The position numbers and the translations under genes were made by a program. The notes under the pieces were generated by a model that saw only the letters and a program-made list of their open reading frames with translations, made no database searches and was not told the DNA's origin. Of a stretch of 64,000 bases of DNA, positions 45,789 through 56,700 are shown in pieces; the first letter of the stretch is position 1; the number at the start of each line of letters is the position of its first letter. Source of the stretch: an uncultured Acidobacteriia bacterium (GTDB taxonomy: Bacteria; Acidobacteriota; Terriglobia; Bryobacterales; Bryobacteraceae); assembly GCA_903882645.1 (NCBI GenBank), contig CAIRXZ010000148.1, positions 6,554-70,553 of the forward strand. Reading direction: 5' to 3'.

Positions 45789-46552
45789 GCATTTTTTCGG
45801 AGATCGAGAAAACCATCGAGCGCGGCTTCCGCCACTGGACCGAGCGCGTCTTCGGACCGGCCGATGCGGACCAGTTGACGCTGACGCACCGCGCGATTCT
45901 GGCGGAGATCGAAACCAGGATCCAAACCGCGGCGCGCGGCCGGCGCGTGTTCCCGTATCCGCGGATCGCGGTGACGCTGGTCTCGGCGGACGCGGACCGC
46001 CGCGCGCTCTACCGGACGGCGTTCGGCGAAGGCGGGCGGCTGGAGAGCGACGTTCGAGAGGTTCTGGAAGGCTCGCGCTGCGAGGTCCCGCGCGGCTTTT
46101 CCGTGGAGGTGCGCACGGCGGAGAGCGGGCCGCGGGCGTTCGAGATCGAGTACGGCGCGGAGCTGCGCGCGAGCGAGCCGGCCGCGCCGGCCCGCGTGGT
46201 TATCGTTCGCGGCAAGGCGGAGCGCGCCGAGTACGCGCTGGAGAAGCCGCGCACGAACATCGGCCGCACGGCCGAGCTGACCGACGCCGGACAGCGCGTG
46301 GCGCGGCGCAACGACATCGTATTCGAGGAGGGCGCCGACGAAGCCAACGCCACCGTCTCCCGCGGCCACGCGCACATCCGCCTGGAGGCCGGCGAATACC
46401 GCATCCGCGACGACGGCAGCGAATACGGAACGCGGGTTTTCCGCGCCGGCCGTTCGATCGAGGTCCCCGCCGGGAACCGCCGCGGAGAGAAACTTCGTCC
46501 GGACGACGAGATCTACCTGGGCCGCGCCTGCATGCGTTTCGAGCGCGGCTGA
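45785..46552 (+). CDS. Second FhaA-like protein (DUF3662-like N-terminus + FHA)
   Basis: ATGA overlap with the SEDS::PBP gene. MSIFSEIEKTIERGFRHW N-terminus. FHA core NIGRT...VSRGHAHI...YRIRDDGSEYGTRV. Confidence 0.82.
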   Translation: MSIFSEIEKTIERGFRHWTERVFGPADADQLTLTHRAILAEIETRIQTAARGRRVFPYPRIAVTLVSADADRRALYRTAFGEGGRLESDVREVLEGSRCEVPRGFSVEVRTAESGPRAFEIEYGAELRASEPAAPARVVIVRGKAERAEYALEKPRTNIGRTAELTDAGQRVARRNDIVFEEGADEANATVSRGHAHIRLEAGEYRIRDDGSEYGTRVFRAGRSIEVPAGNRRGEKLRPDDEIYLGRACMRFERG

Positions 46553-46621
46553 ACCGGGTCGATTGAATGGCGCGATTTGACACCCGGCATGGCCGTCTGA
46601 CAGAATTAAAAGCGGCGTTGC

Positions 46622-46697
<76 letters not shown>

Positions 46698-46720
46698 GAA
46701 ACATTTTCTCGAAATCTCGT

Positions 46721-48742
46721 TAGCCTGACTTTCGCAGTTGACGACAGTTTTCCGCCATTTTGGGGTGGTTTCGTCGCGCAAGTCCTTGCGCGTCAATGAC
46801 GGCCTCTCGCCACCGCGTGTAGGGCAGACCTACCCTCTTTTCAACGGGCGAAAACTCTGGCATTCTGCCGATAGCGATGCATCTGAAAACGCACCGGCGG
46901 AACAAAGACGGCAAGGAGCATCGCTATTTCAGCGTGGTCGAGAACCGGCGCCTGCGCACCGGGAAGATGGCTCAGCGCCGCGTGCTGTACCTGGGCGAGA
47001 TCAACGACAGCCAGCAAGCCGCGTGGCGCAAGACGCTGGAAGTCTTCGATGAGAGCGAGCAACGGTTCACTGAGCTGAGCCTGTTTCCGGAAGACCGCGA
47101 CCTTCCGCGCGACGCGGTCAACAGCATTCAGATCAAGCTCGACCAGATGGAGCTGCATCGTCCGCGGGCTTGGGGCAACTGTTGGCTGGGCTGCGAGCTC
47201 TGGCGCCAGTTGCGGCTGGACGAGTTTTGGAGTGCGCAGTTGCCATCCCAGCGGGAGGCCGTGCCTTGGGAGAGGGTGTTGCAGTTGCTGGTGGTAAATC
47301 GGCTGATCGATCCTGGCAGCGAGTTCCGGCTGCATCGGCAGTGGTTCGACCAGAGCGCGATGGCGGAGTTGTTGGGGGTGGATTTTGCGGTTGCCGAAAA
47401 GGACCGGCTGTACCGCTGCCTGGACCGCATTGGCGATCGCAAACAGGAGTTGTTCGTGTATCTGCGGCAGCGCTGGCAGGACCTGTTCGGCGCGCACTTC
47501 GACATTCTGCTCTACGATCTGACCAGCACCTATTTTGAGGGCGAGGCGGAGGAGACGCCCAAGGCGAAGCGGGGATATAGCCGGGACCACCGGCCGGATT
47601 GCCTGCAGGTGGTGCTGGCGCTGGTGATCACGCCGGAGGGGCTTCCCCTGGCCTACGAGGTAATGGACGGCAACACCTCGGATCGCACGACGCTGCGCGG
47701 ATTTCTGGAGCAGGTCGAGAAGATCCACGGCAAGGCGCGGCGCGTGTGGCTGATGGATCGCGGCATCCCGACCGAGGAGGTCCTGGGAGAGATGCGCGCC
47801 GCCGGCGACGTGTTCTATCTGGTGGGAACGCCGCGGGGCAAGATTCAACGGTACGAGAAGAAGTGGCTGGCCTTGCCCTGGCAGAAGGTGCGCGATTCGG
47901 TGGAGGTGAAGTTGTCCGCCGAAGACGGCGAGTTGTACGTGCTGGCCAAGAGCGAGGGGCGGCGCGCCAAGGAGAGGGCGATCCGGAGGCGCAAGCTGGC
48001 GCGGCTGTTGTGGAAGCTGCGCGCGATGCGGAGAAGTTGTCCGGCGCGCGACCAGTTGCTGCTGCGCATCGGCGCGGCCAAGAAAGAGGCCGGCCGGGCG
48101 TATGGCTTCGTGCGGATTTCGTTGCCCAAGGACGGCGCGGAAGTCACCCGCCGCAGTTTCACTTTCGCCGTGGACCGGGACAAACTTGGGAAGGCAGAAC
48201 GGCGGGACGGCCATTACCTGCTGCGTTCGAATCTGGCGGGCGAGGATCCGGCCGTGCTGTGGGATCGTTACGTTCAGCTGACGCAGGTGGAGGCCGCGTT
48301 CAAAACTATGAAAAGCGAGTTGGGCCTGCGTCCAATCTATCACCAGGTCGCACAGCGCGTGGAGGCGCACATCCTGGTGGCGTTTCTGGCGTACTGTCTG
48401 ACGGTGACTCTGAGGCAGCGGCTGCAAGCGCTGGCGCCTGGTTTGACGCCGAAGGCGGTGCTGGAAAAGCTGGCCGCGATCCAGATGTTGGATGTGTGCT
48501 TCCCGACCACCGACGGGCGGTGGCTGATCATGCCGCGCTATACGCAACCCACGCCGGAACAGCAGGTCCTGTTCCACACGCTCAAGCTCAATCTGCCTTC
48601 CCAGCCGCCACCCAAAATCAAGGTCCGCGCCGAGAGCGAGCCTGCCCAAAGGCTCCGTTTGTAGGGCAGACCTTTTCGATGTCTCCGCTGAAAAACAAGG
48701 AGTTAAGCTGCCCCCGACCCCCGAACTGCGAAAGATCGGTTA
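46721..48742 (+). mobile_element. IS1634-family (IS4-related) insertion sequence, ~2.0 kb
   Basis: Imperfect terminal inverted repeats TAgCCtgaCTTTCGCAGTT (46721-46739) and AACTGCGAAAGatcGGtTA (48724-48742) flank a single transposase ORF. Inserted 25 nt after tRNA-Asn. No target duplication is obvious. Confidence 0.7.
46877..48664 (+). CDS. IS1634-family DDE transposase
   Basis: 595 aa. The N-terminus MHLKTHRRNKDGKEHRYFSVVENRRLRTGKMAQRRVLYLGEI matches the family-typical K-x-H-x-Y-W/F-S-L/V-V-E...R-Q/R-R-V-x-Y-LGE opening. Confidence 0.85.
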   Translation: MHLKTHRRNKDGKEHRYFSVVENRRLRTGKMAQRRVLYLGEINDSQQAAWRKTLEVFDESEQRFTELSLFPEDRDLPRDAVNSIQIKLDQMELHRPRAWGNCWLGCELWRQLRLDEFWSAQLPSQREAVPWERVLQLLVVNRLIDPGSEFRLHRQWFDQSAMAELLGVDFAVAEKDRLYRCLDRIGDRKQELFVYLRQRWQDLFGAHFDILLYDLTSTYFEGEAEETPKAKRGYSRDHRPDCLQVVLALVITPEGLPLAYEVMDGNTSDRTTLRGFLEQVEKIHGKARRVWLMDRGIPTEEVLGEMRAAGDVFYLVGTPRGKIQRYEKKWLALPWQKVRDSVEVKLSAEDGELYVLAKSEGRRAKERAIRRRKLARLLWKLRAMRRSCPARDQLLLRIGAAKKEAGRAYGFVRISLPKDGAEVTRRSFTFAVDRDKLGKAERRDGHYLLRSNLAGEDPAVLWDRYVQLTQVEAAFKTMKSELGLRPIYHQVAQRVEAHILVAFLAYCLTVTLRQRLQALAPGLTPKAVLEKLAAIQMLDVCFPTTDGRWLIMPRYTQPTPEQQVLFHTLKLNLPSQPPPKIKVRAESEPAQRLRL

Positions 48743-49143
48743 AGAGAATCCTGTAATCCATTGAACCAGTGTGGCTTACCTACATTTTCCATGCGATTTC
48801 GCATGCGTCCCGAGGACCGGCGTCACCCACAGATTCTCCAGACGAGGCAAAACTACTGCCAAGCAGAAGAGGGGGCTTCATACAGACTTTGTGGCGATGA
48901 CCCTTCCGGCTCTTCGGCAGATTACGGACATTGTGGCAACAGCCTTCAAGCAACTATGCTTCATTGAGATCCATTTCGGTGAGCAGTCGGAAGGCGTCAA
49001 ACCACAAGCGGACCGTAAAGAGCACGATAAGCAAACATGAGAAACGGAATCGAGCCGCTGCCTAACCAGTCTGCTGCAGGCGACGGCCAAAACCGGGCTG
49101 CGCCTGAAAGTTCGAGTCGTTAGACTCAACACTGGGGAGACAT

Positions 49144-49632
49144 ATGGTCAAGGTGCATGACAGGCTTTACGTCGGCGACGAAGCGACCTGCCGATTCGGG
49201 TCCGCTCAACTGGCGGTCGTGCACGCGTGCAAGTCCCCCTGCCATCAGCGTGCCGTTGGGTACAGAGGAAGCCTCTCGCCTCAGCATCCCTACTATCTCG
49301 TTCTCCGGCACCCGTACGACCTGTACCTGAACATCATCGATCCACCCGTGCCCCTCTTCAAGATCGAGACGTTCGCACAGTTCCTGCTGTTCGCAAGGGA
49401 ACACCACGACCGTGGCGGCTCGCTACTGATTCACTGCAACCAGGGCGAGTCCCGGGCGCCAACGCTGGCGCTCCTGTTCCTTGCGAAGCATCTCCGAGCG
49501 ATTCCCAGTGATTCGCTTTTGGCTGCTCAGGCGGCGTTCGCACCTCTGTACGCTGGATACCGCCCCGGGACGGGCATTCAGCGGTTTCTCGCCACGAACT
49601 GGGCTCTGGTCGGCGCAACAAGTGGAGTCTAA
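49144..49632 (+). CDS. Dual-specificity / Cys-based protein phosphatase-like protein
   Basis: HCX5R signature IHCNQGESRAP with an upstream Asp-containing loop. Lies in the lower-GC islet. Confidence 0.6.
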   Translation: MVKVHDRLYVGDEATCRFGSAQLAVVHACKSPCHQRAVGYRGSLSPQHPYYLVLRHPYDLYLNIIDPPVPLFKIETFAQFLLFAREHHDRGGSLLIHCNQGESRAPTLALLFLAKHLRAIPSDSLLAAQAAFAPLYAGYRPGTGIQRFLATNWALVGATSGV

Positions 49633-49985
49633 CAGGCGGTTGCAGCCGACGGGAGCGGGGCGCTGAATCGCCCGCGGCTGAAGCGCTGTCGTTGGACTTC
49701 GACATCGGGAAGCGGCCATGTTGGGCATAGCCCTCGCATCTCTATCGCGAAATCCCCATGCCACCAGTGATGGGCCGGCGCTCGCAGTCAACTTGCTGAT
49801 TCGCTGAGCCTTACGTACCATTTCTCTGGATAGATCCCGGGAAGTCCCGTCACGCCAGGAACGCGCCACTTGGCCGTAGAACGCCCTAGCCATAGAAAGG
49901 GACCGCCGGGCTTTCTCGACAACGTCGGCCTGGAACGCAACGTTGGCCGCACCGCCGATGCGATGTGCGACGTCATTACGAGCGT

Positions 49986-50342
49986 CTATTCTACCCTTGG
50001 ATCGCGGCGTTGCGGGTTCGGAACCGACTCGGAAACGAAAGGCGGCTCGGGCGGCGCATTCGCGGAGGGGCCGTTCACCACGTCTTTCAGTTCCTTGCTG
50101 GGCTTGAAGTAGGGGATCTTCCTGGCGGGCACGTCCACCCGCGCCCCGGTCTTCGGGTTGCGACCGATCCGGGGTTGCCGCTGGCGCGTACGGAAACTTC
50201 CGAACCCACGGATCTCGATCTTGTCGCCCGCGCGCAGGGAGCGGACGATGCGGTCGAAGATGGCATCCACGATGACCTCGGAGTCTTTCCTGCTCATCTC
50301 CACCACGCGGGAGACTTCTTCAATCAGATCGGCCTTCAGCAT
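49986..50342 (-). CDS. IHF/HU-family DNA-bending protein
   Basis: Inner ATG at 50342 with an AGGAGA SD. IEIRGFGSFRTRQRQPRIGRNPKTGARVDVPARKIPYFKPSKELK is the canonical IHF-beta/HU arm. Has a Pro-rich C-terminal extension. Confidence 0.85.
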   Translation of the reverse strand: MLKADLIEEVSRVVEMSRKDSEVIVDAIFDRIVRSLRAGDKIEIRGFGSFRTRQRQPRIGRNPKTGARVDVPARKIPYFKPSKELKDVVNGPSANAPPEPPFVSESVPNPQRRDPRVE

Positions 50343-50712
50343 CGCGTTCTCCTGAATTTCTAATGTTTTGTGATTTTCCGCGACTGCCCAGAATAGCAAT
50401 GCTGGGAACCAAAAGCGGCTCTTCCTCATGTTTGCGCGCGGAGAAGGGGCGATTCTGACGATTCGGTCATTCGATCCGGTCCTTTGCTTTCGCCGCAGCC
50501 GCCGTCTGCCACTGCATATTCTCCGGCTTGTCGGCACCGCCGCGCTTCAACGGCACGATGTGACCGTGGCAGGCACCGACCGTCTTCCCGGTCGCCGGGC
50601 AAGGGTGCTGCCTCTGGAACTCGCGACAGGCGGCCGGGTCGCCTCCATCCAGAACAAGATTTCACTGAAACCCGGTAGCGGGTTGCCGATAGGAACTCAC
50701 GGCACACATAAA

Positions 50713-51000
50713 ATGCAAACCAACTCTCCTGGTACATCCCAGGCTTTACTGGACGGCGTCGTAGCCGTCATCCGGCAGCAGGTCATCGCAGACATGCAGG
50801 CCGACGATGCGAAGAGCAACCCGAAGACGCCGCCGTCCCGCCTGCTAACCGCGGCCCAGGCCGGCGCATACATCGGCCGCACCCCTGGTGCGATCCGGCA
50901 GTTGATCCACAAGCGCCAGATCCCGATCGTGCGCTTCGGGCGCAACGTGAGGATCGACGTGCGCGACCTCGACAAAATGATCGCCGACAACAAGGTGTAG
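50713..51000 (+). CDS. Excisionase-family helix-turn-helix DNA-binding protein
   Basis: Inner ATG at 50713. C-terminal LLTAAQAGAYIGRTPGAIRQLIHKRQIPIVRFGRNVRIDVRDLDKMI matches the Xis/MerR-like HTH_17 pattern. Ends 1 nt before the integrase. Confidence 0.65.
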   Translation: MQTNSPGTSQALLDGVVAVIRQQVIADMQADDAKSNPKTPPSRLLTAAQAGAYIGRTPGAIRQLIHKRQIPIVRFGRNVRIDVRDLDKMIADNKV

Positions 51001-51001
51001 G

Positions 51002-52159
51002 ATGAGGCGTATGGCGCGTGGCGGCAGCATTTTCAAGACCGGCAAGATTTGGCACGTGCAGATCTACGTGGACGGTCGACAGATCAAGCGGAGTTCGCGC
51101 TCCTCGGATTACCAGGTCGCGGTCAAATTGCGCGACAAACTGCTGGGCCAGCGCGCGCGGGGCGAGCTCGGCGGTAGGAATGCCAAGCTCACGATCAGCG
51201 CCGTCCTCGATAACTTCCTGAAGGTGCTTCCGACGCGGGTAGGCGCCGAGACGCTCAAGATCCAGACGCTGGTGATTGAGGCGAACCTGCGCCCGTTCTT
51301 CGCAGAGAAGCGTGCGGAGAGGATCACCACCAACGATCTTCTGGCATACCGGGCGCACCGTACCAAACAGAAGACGAAGAAGGGCACCCTCATGACCGCC
51401 TCGACCGTCAACAGGGAATTGTCTCTTCTCAGGAACGCGATGCGCACCGCGGCGTTCTCTACCCCGCCCATGATCCCCCTTGCCTGCATTCCGCGGTTCC
51501 CCATCACCAACGAAGACGAGTGCGCCCGTCAGGGCTTCATCACGGACGCGGAGTTCGATACTCTGGTGGTCGAGGTCCCCTCGTATCTGATCCCTCTTGC
51601 CGTCGTCGGCTACCAGACTGGCATACGCCTTGGCGAGCTGACCCAGATTGAGTGGTCGCAGATTGACTTCGACGCGCGGGTGATTCGCTTGAGGGCCGGC
51701 CGCACGAAAGGCGGCAAGCCTCGGACGTGCCCATTTCTCGGGAACATGGAAGAGGTGCTCCTGACAGCCAAACAGGACCGCGACACCCACTGGCCGGACT
51801 GCCCGTGGGCCTTCCATCGTTTAGGACAGCCGATTCTGGACTTCCGCGGCGCCTGGTATTCGGCCTGCCAGCGGGCCGGGCTGCCGGATCTGGAGTTCCA
51901 CGATCTGCGGCGCTCCGGAGTTCGTAACCTGTCGAGAGCTGGGGTACCGGAGTCTGTGATCATGAGAATCACAGGTCACAAGACCCGGGCAATGTTCGAC
52001 CGCTACAACATTACGAGCGAGGCGGATCTTGCCGACGCGGCGGAGCGTCTTGCGGCCTTTCGTCTGTCGAAGACCTCTACGGCGACCGTCTCAACCACTC
52101 CAAAAACCACTCCAGTCTCCGAAAACACCGATGGCTCCGGATCGCTCCAGAGCCATTAA
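51002..52159 (+). CDS. Tyrosine-type site-specific integrase
   Basis: N-terminal SAM-like domain. Catalytic region with R (GIRLGEL), HDLRRSG, ITGHKT and a terminal Y (FDRYNI). Its 3' end lies 16 nt from the 3' end of tRNA-Leu. Confidence 0.88.
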   Translation: MRRMARGGSIFKTGKIWHVQIYVDGRQIKRSSRSSDYQVAVKLRDKLLGQRARGELGGRNAKLTISAVLDNFLKVLPTRVGAETLKIQTLVIEANLRPFFAEKRAERITTNDLLAYRAHRTKQKTKKGTLMTASTVNRELSLLRNAMRTAAFSTPPMIPLACIPRFPITNEDECARQGFITDAEFDTLVVEVPSYLIPLAVVGYQTGIRLGELTQIEWSQIDFDARVIRLRAGRTKGGKPRTCPFLGNMEEVLLTAKQDRDTHWPDCPWAFHRLGQPILDFRGAWYSACQRAGLPDLEFHDLRRSGVRNLSRAGVPESVIMRITGHKTRAMFDRYNITSEADLADAAERLAAFRLSKTSTATVSTTPKTTPVSENTDGSGSLQSH

Positions 52160-52174
52160 GTGTTTTATTATGAT

Positions 52175-52261
52175 TGGTGCGGAGAGGGGGACTTGAACCC
52201 CCACGAGATTGCTCCCGCTAGCACCTCAAGCTAGTGCGTCTGCCAATTCCGCCACCTCCGC
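52175..52261 (-). tRNA. tRNA-Leu (GAG)
   Basis: Reverse complement GCGGAGGTGGCGGAATTGGCAGACGCACTAGCTTGAGGTGCTAGCGGGAGCAATCTCGTGGGGGTTCAAGTCCCCCTCTCCGCACCA. Has a long variable arm, anticodon loop TTGAGGT and encoded CCA. Sits directly downstream of secG, as leuU does in E. coli. Confidence 0.9.
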
Positions 52262-52270
52262 GCGGCGAAC

Positions 52271-52675
52271 TTACTTCCGGGGCGCCGGCTGAGGTTGCGC
52301 CGGAGCCGGGCTGGGCTGCGTTGGACCGGGCAACGGTATCGGGGTTCCGGCCGGTACGGATGAACCCGGCGCCGGAACCGGCGCGCTCTTCACTGGGGCG
52401 CTGACGGGCTTCGTTTCCAACACCGTCGTTCCCAATCCCGCCCTCTTGGTAGCCAGGATGGAAAGCGAAAGCGAAGTGATCATGAAGACCACCGCCGAAA
52501 TCGTGGTCGCCTTCGAGAGCAGCGTCGCCGAACCGCGCGGGCCAAAAGCCGTTTGCGAACCCATGCCGCCGAAGGCGCCTGCCAGGTCCGCCGCCTTCCC
52601 GCTTTGCAGCAACACCACAATGATCAGGAAGACGCAGACCAGTATGTGAACCAACAGAACCGCAATATAGAACAT
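52271..52675 (-). CDS. secG: Preprotein translocase subunit SecG
   Basis: MFYIAVLLVHILVCVFLIIVVLLQSGKAADLAGAFGG is the canonical SecG opening. Followed by a Pro/Ala-rich tail. Confidence 0.88.
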   Translation of the reverse strand: MFYIAVLLVHILVCVFLIIVVLLQSGKAADLAGAFGGMGSQTAFGPRGSATLLSKATTISAVVFMITSLSLSILATKRAGLGTTVLETKPVSAPVKSAPVPAPGSSVPAGTPIPLPGPTQPSPAPAQPQPAPRK

Positions 52676-52726
52676 CGTAGTATGTCCAGTGGGAAACTCC
52701 AGTATAGGGGAGCGGGCCGGCGCGCG

Positions 52727-53542
52727 TCAAACCGCCGTTTCGCTGTTTTCCCGCCGCTCCTCGCCGCGCGCGGTTTCGCGCGCGTAGCTCAAGAACAGGT
52801 TCATGCCTTCGTAATCGCGCGGTCCTAGTTCGTGCACGATGCGCTGGGTCAGGTACTCCCGAACCAAGCCGGGCGGTAAATGCCGCGGCGGAGCCTCGCG
52901 CTCGGCTATCTCGCCGATTCGCTGACGGCCGTACCGGCAAGACTCGCGAAAAGCCGCCTCCACTTCCGGCGTCACTACCTCTTTGCGCCCCGCCCATACC
53001 GCGAACACCATCGGGAGGCCGGTCATCTCCACCCACTCGGCGCCCAGATCGTAGACCCGGCAAGGCTCGTGCTCGACGTCGACGCGCAACGCCGGGTCGC
53101 CGATCAGCAGGGCGGCATCCGCGGCATCGAGCATCGGCCGCAGCGCGGGCGGGTGCGGCGCAATCGCCGGTGTCGCCCCGTAGCGCCGCTCCAGGACGAT
53201 CCTCGCCAGTTGCACCGACGTGCGCGAGCTCGAATCGGCCGCCAGGGTGCGGATTTCAGCCGGGGGCCGCGAGGAGATCAGCAGAATGCTGCGCACCGGT
53301 CCATGGCAGGCGATGCCCGCTCCGGGAACCACCACCAGTTCCTGCCGGGTCAGCTCGAAGGACGGCGCCAGCCCCAAGTCCGCGCGGCCCGACGCCAGCC
53401 GGTCCGCGCACTCGGCGGGAATCTGGAAATCCAGGTCGAAGAGACCGCGCTGCCGCCCGTGCAGCATGCCCCAAACCAGCGGAAGGGTGTTCAGATAGCT
53501 GACCGCGCAGACGCGCAACCGGGGGAGTACACTGTGGCTCAA
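52727..53542 (-). CDS. mqnA: Chorismate dehydratase (futalosine pathway)
   Basis: VSYLNTLPLVWG, LLIGDPAL and MVFAVW motifs of the MqnA family. TTG start, so the exact start is uncertain. Confidence 0.8.
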   Translation of the reverse strand: MSHSVLPRLRVCAVSYLNTLPLVWGMLHGRQRGLFDLDFQIPAECADRLASGRADLGLAPSFELTRQELVVVPGAGIACHGPVRSILLISSRPPAEIRTLAADSSSRTSVQLARIVLERRYGATPAIAPHPPALRPMLDAADAALLIGDPALRVDVEHEPCRVYDLGAEWVEMTGLPMVFAVWAGRKEVVTPEVEAAFRESCRYGRQRIGEIAEREAPPRHLPPGLVREYLTQRIVHELGPRDYEGMNLFLSYARETARGEERRENSETAV

Positions 53543-53737
53543 GGCTCAGTGTAGCAGGCGCGCGCTCTCCAACCCACCCCGGCGTGGGGTGGACCGCGGC
53601 CGGTTGCCGCGAGTTTCCGTCCGGCCGGGACTAGTGCGGTAATGGGACTGACGTGACGGCGAAATCCCCCCGCGGGGCGATGATTTTGCTAATATGCTGA
53701 AGTAGCGGTATTTCCGCGTTTCTTGCTGCAAACTCGT

Positions 53738-56700
53738 ATGATGCGCCGTCATTTTCCGATTCTCCTTCTGGCCCTTTTCGGGGCCTCGGCGGCTTGGCCG
53801 CAGCTTCTTCTCAATCCGGTCCCGTCGCGCACGGTGGGACACCCCAAGACGCCCCTGCTCGAGCAGAACTCGCTCTACTCGGTGAGCCCTAACCTGGTGG
53901 AAGGGCGTGAGTTGAGCGCGCCCCAGGGCATCGCGGTCGATACCTCGCTTTCGCCGCCCGCCATATACGTCGCCGATACGGGCAACAATCGGGTGCTCGG
54001 CTGGAAGAACGCCGCCAGTTTCACTAACGGCCAGATGGCCGATATCGTTGTCGGCCAGGTCGATTTCTTTACCACCTGGGCGCAGGGCCCCAGCAGTGCG
54101 GCCCATGCGCCAGGCCAAGGCAGCCCGTTACAGTCCGGCCTGAACGGCCCGGTCGGCCTGGCGGTCTTTAACGGCGACCTCTACGTGGCCGACGCCGGGA
54201 ACAACCGCGTGCTGCGGTATCCCCAACCCTTCGTCAACACGAACGAAATACCGAATCTGGTAATCGGCCAGCCGGGCATGAGCACGACCGCGGCCAACTT
54301 CGGCGCCAGCGCCACCACCGGCCCGGTCAGCCCCTATGGACTCTCTTTGAGCGGAACCCGGCCCAATATCGCCTTCGATTCGAGCGGCAACCTGTGGATG
54401 ACGGACCCAGGCAACCGGCGCGTGCTCGAGTTCGCCGCGGCGGACGTGGCCAAGAGCGGCGCCGGCGGGCTGACGGCCATCCTGGAGATCGGGCAAAACG
54501 ATTTCTTCAGTCTGCGTACCAACCTCAACCCGAACGCCGGCGGAGTTAACTTTACGGCGAACCAGTTCGCCGTGCCCTCGGCCCTGGCCTTCGATGCGGC
54601 AGGCCGCCTTTATGTCGCCGACGCGGATGCCAGTTATCCCAGAAACCTGAGCCGCGTGCTGGTTTTCGCGCCGCCCTTCAGCAGCGGCATGTCGGCGGCG
54701 CGCATCATGGGCGTGGCTCAGTCCGGACTCTCCGTCACGGCGATCGACGCCACGATTCTGGCCGATCCCGAAGCAGTCTTTTTCGCCGGCGGCCAGGTTG
54801 GCGTGGTGGATTCACTGGACCACCGGGTTCTGCTCTTTCCGGCCTTCGAGCAGTGGCCGGCCGCGTCGTCGCAAGTCTCGCCGCAGGCGACTTGGGTTGT
54901 GGGCCACAACGGGGATTTCACGAACTTCTACCCGAACAACGCGGCTTTGAACGCCACGTTCGTCCCCGCTCCTTCGGCAAGCGTTTTCTACAGACCGGTT
55001 GGCGCGGCCTTCGCCAACAATCAGGTGTATTTGACCGATGCCAGCAACAACCGCGTCCTGGCGCTTCCGCTTCAAGCGGGGACGTTCGGCCCGGCGACCG
55101 GCGTGCTTGGCCAGTACCAGTTCGACACGAATTCCGTCAACCTGATCGAAGGCAAGGAGCTCCAATTATACTGGGCGGATAGCTCCGGGAACCTCCACGT
55201 GGACGGCGGGCTGGCGATCGATAGCACAGGCTCGCCGCCGCATCTCTACGTCGCCGATACGTACAACAACCGTGTGCTCGGCTTCAAGGACCTGCGCAAC
55301 CTCTCCGCCGGCGCCTCCGCCGATATCGTGATCGGCCAGTCAAGCGGGCTATACGGGGTGTGTAACTCCCCCACCGGCGACGCAAACCAGCCGACCAACG
55401 CGAGCCTCTGCGGCCCGGTGGGCCTGATGGTCGATTCCAACGGCAACCTATGGGTAGCCGACCGGGGCAACGGACGCGTATTGCGATTCCCCGCTCCGTT
55501 CGCGCAAACCGGCCAGCCGCAGGCCGATCTGGTCTTGGGCCAGCAATCGTTCACCGGGCCCAAGGTTTCCGACGCCACCCAGAACACCCTCTCCGCTCCC
55601 AATAGCGTGGCCATGACCCCGAAGGGCTTGCTGCTCGTGTCCGACCAGAACCAGAACCGCGTGTTGGTATTCCAGCCCGTGAACGGAGTTTTCTCAAGCG
55701 GCCAGGCGGCGGGCCTGGTTCTCGGACAGACCGATTTCCGCTCCACCGTCGCCGGCTCCAGCCTGTCTTCTCTGAGCGCCCCGCACGGCATCGCCGTCGA
55801 TAGCAGCGGACGCCCGTACGTGGTGGATACCGGCAACAACCGCGTGTTGGTCTACGACGTCCTCGACAACAATCTGTATTTCCCGACATCCGCCGCTTTG
55901 GCGACCTTCTCGCTCACCGGCTTTAGCACGCCCGAGAGCGTCTACGTAAACCCAACCACAGGCGAAATATGGGTTGCCGACACCAGTAACGGTTATTACA
56001 AGCGTTTCCCCACGTATGTCACCCTGGTGACCAATCAGGCAACAACCGCCCAGATCGCGGCTCCCAGCTATACCCTGGCGGTGGCGCAAGACCAGTGGGG
56101 CAATCTCGTGACGGCCGACGCGACCAACCGGGTGGCTTTCTTTTACCCCGGCCTGACTGCCCAGAACGCGGCCAACAACCTGAGTGCCCTGAGTGCCAGG
56201 GCGTTGGCGCCGGGCGCCATCGCCTCGACGTTTCCTTCCAACGCCGCCGTCGCGTTCGGCGCCACCACCGCCGATTGCGGCGGGCAGATTCCCCTGCCGG
56301 TGACTATAGCTAATATCCAGGTTCTCCTGGACGGCGTCGCGACGCCCCTGTTCATGGTCTCGCCCACGCAGATCAACTTTGTCGTTCCCATGGGCGCCCG
56401 CACCAGCGGCTATTCGAATCTGCAGGTGGTGAATGCCGTCACCGGCCAGGTGTACGGCGCCGGTCTGGTTATGATGGGTCCCGTCTCGCCGGGCCTCTTC
56501 GTGAATCCGTCCACCCAAACCGGAACCTACCGGCACGTGGCCGCGATCAACTATAACGACAGCTCGATCAACGGCCCGGGACACCCCGCTATACGAGGGA
56601 CGTGGGTCGAGCTCTTCGGCACGGGTCAGGGCGTCGTTGCCGGCGCTCCCGCCGACGGCGACGTGCCCACGGGACCGGTCCCGACGTCCTTCCGGCCAAC

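Noticed and set aside
48743-49143. Small ORFs 48771..49040(+) and 48878..49132(-) between the IS and the phosphatase gene.
   Set aside because: They overlap each other, have no ribosome-binding site or family resemblance, and their composition looks non-coding. The region is more likely IS-flanking or islet junk DNA.
50437-50450. Candidate att remnant gcggagaagggg matching the tRNA-Leu 3' half (gcggagaggggg) at 12 of 13 positions. It would delimit a minimal xis-int element.
   Set aside because: The match is short and does not extend. By rough estimate a hit this good could arise by chance within the few kb searched, so it was not annotated.
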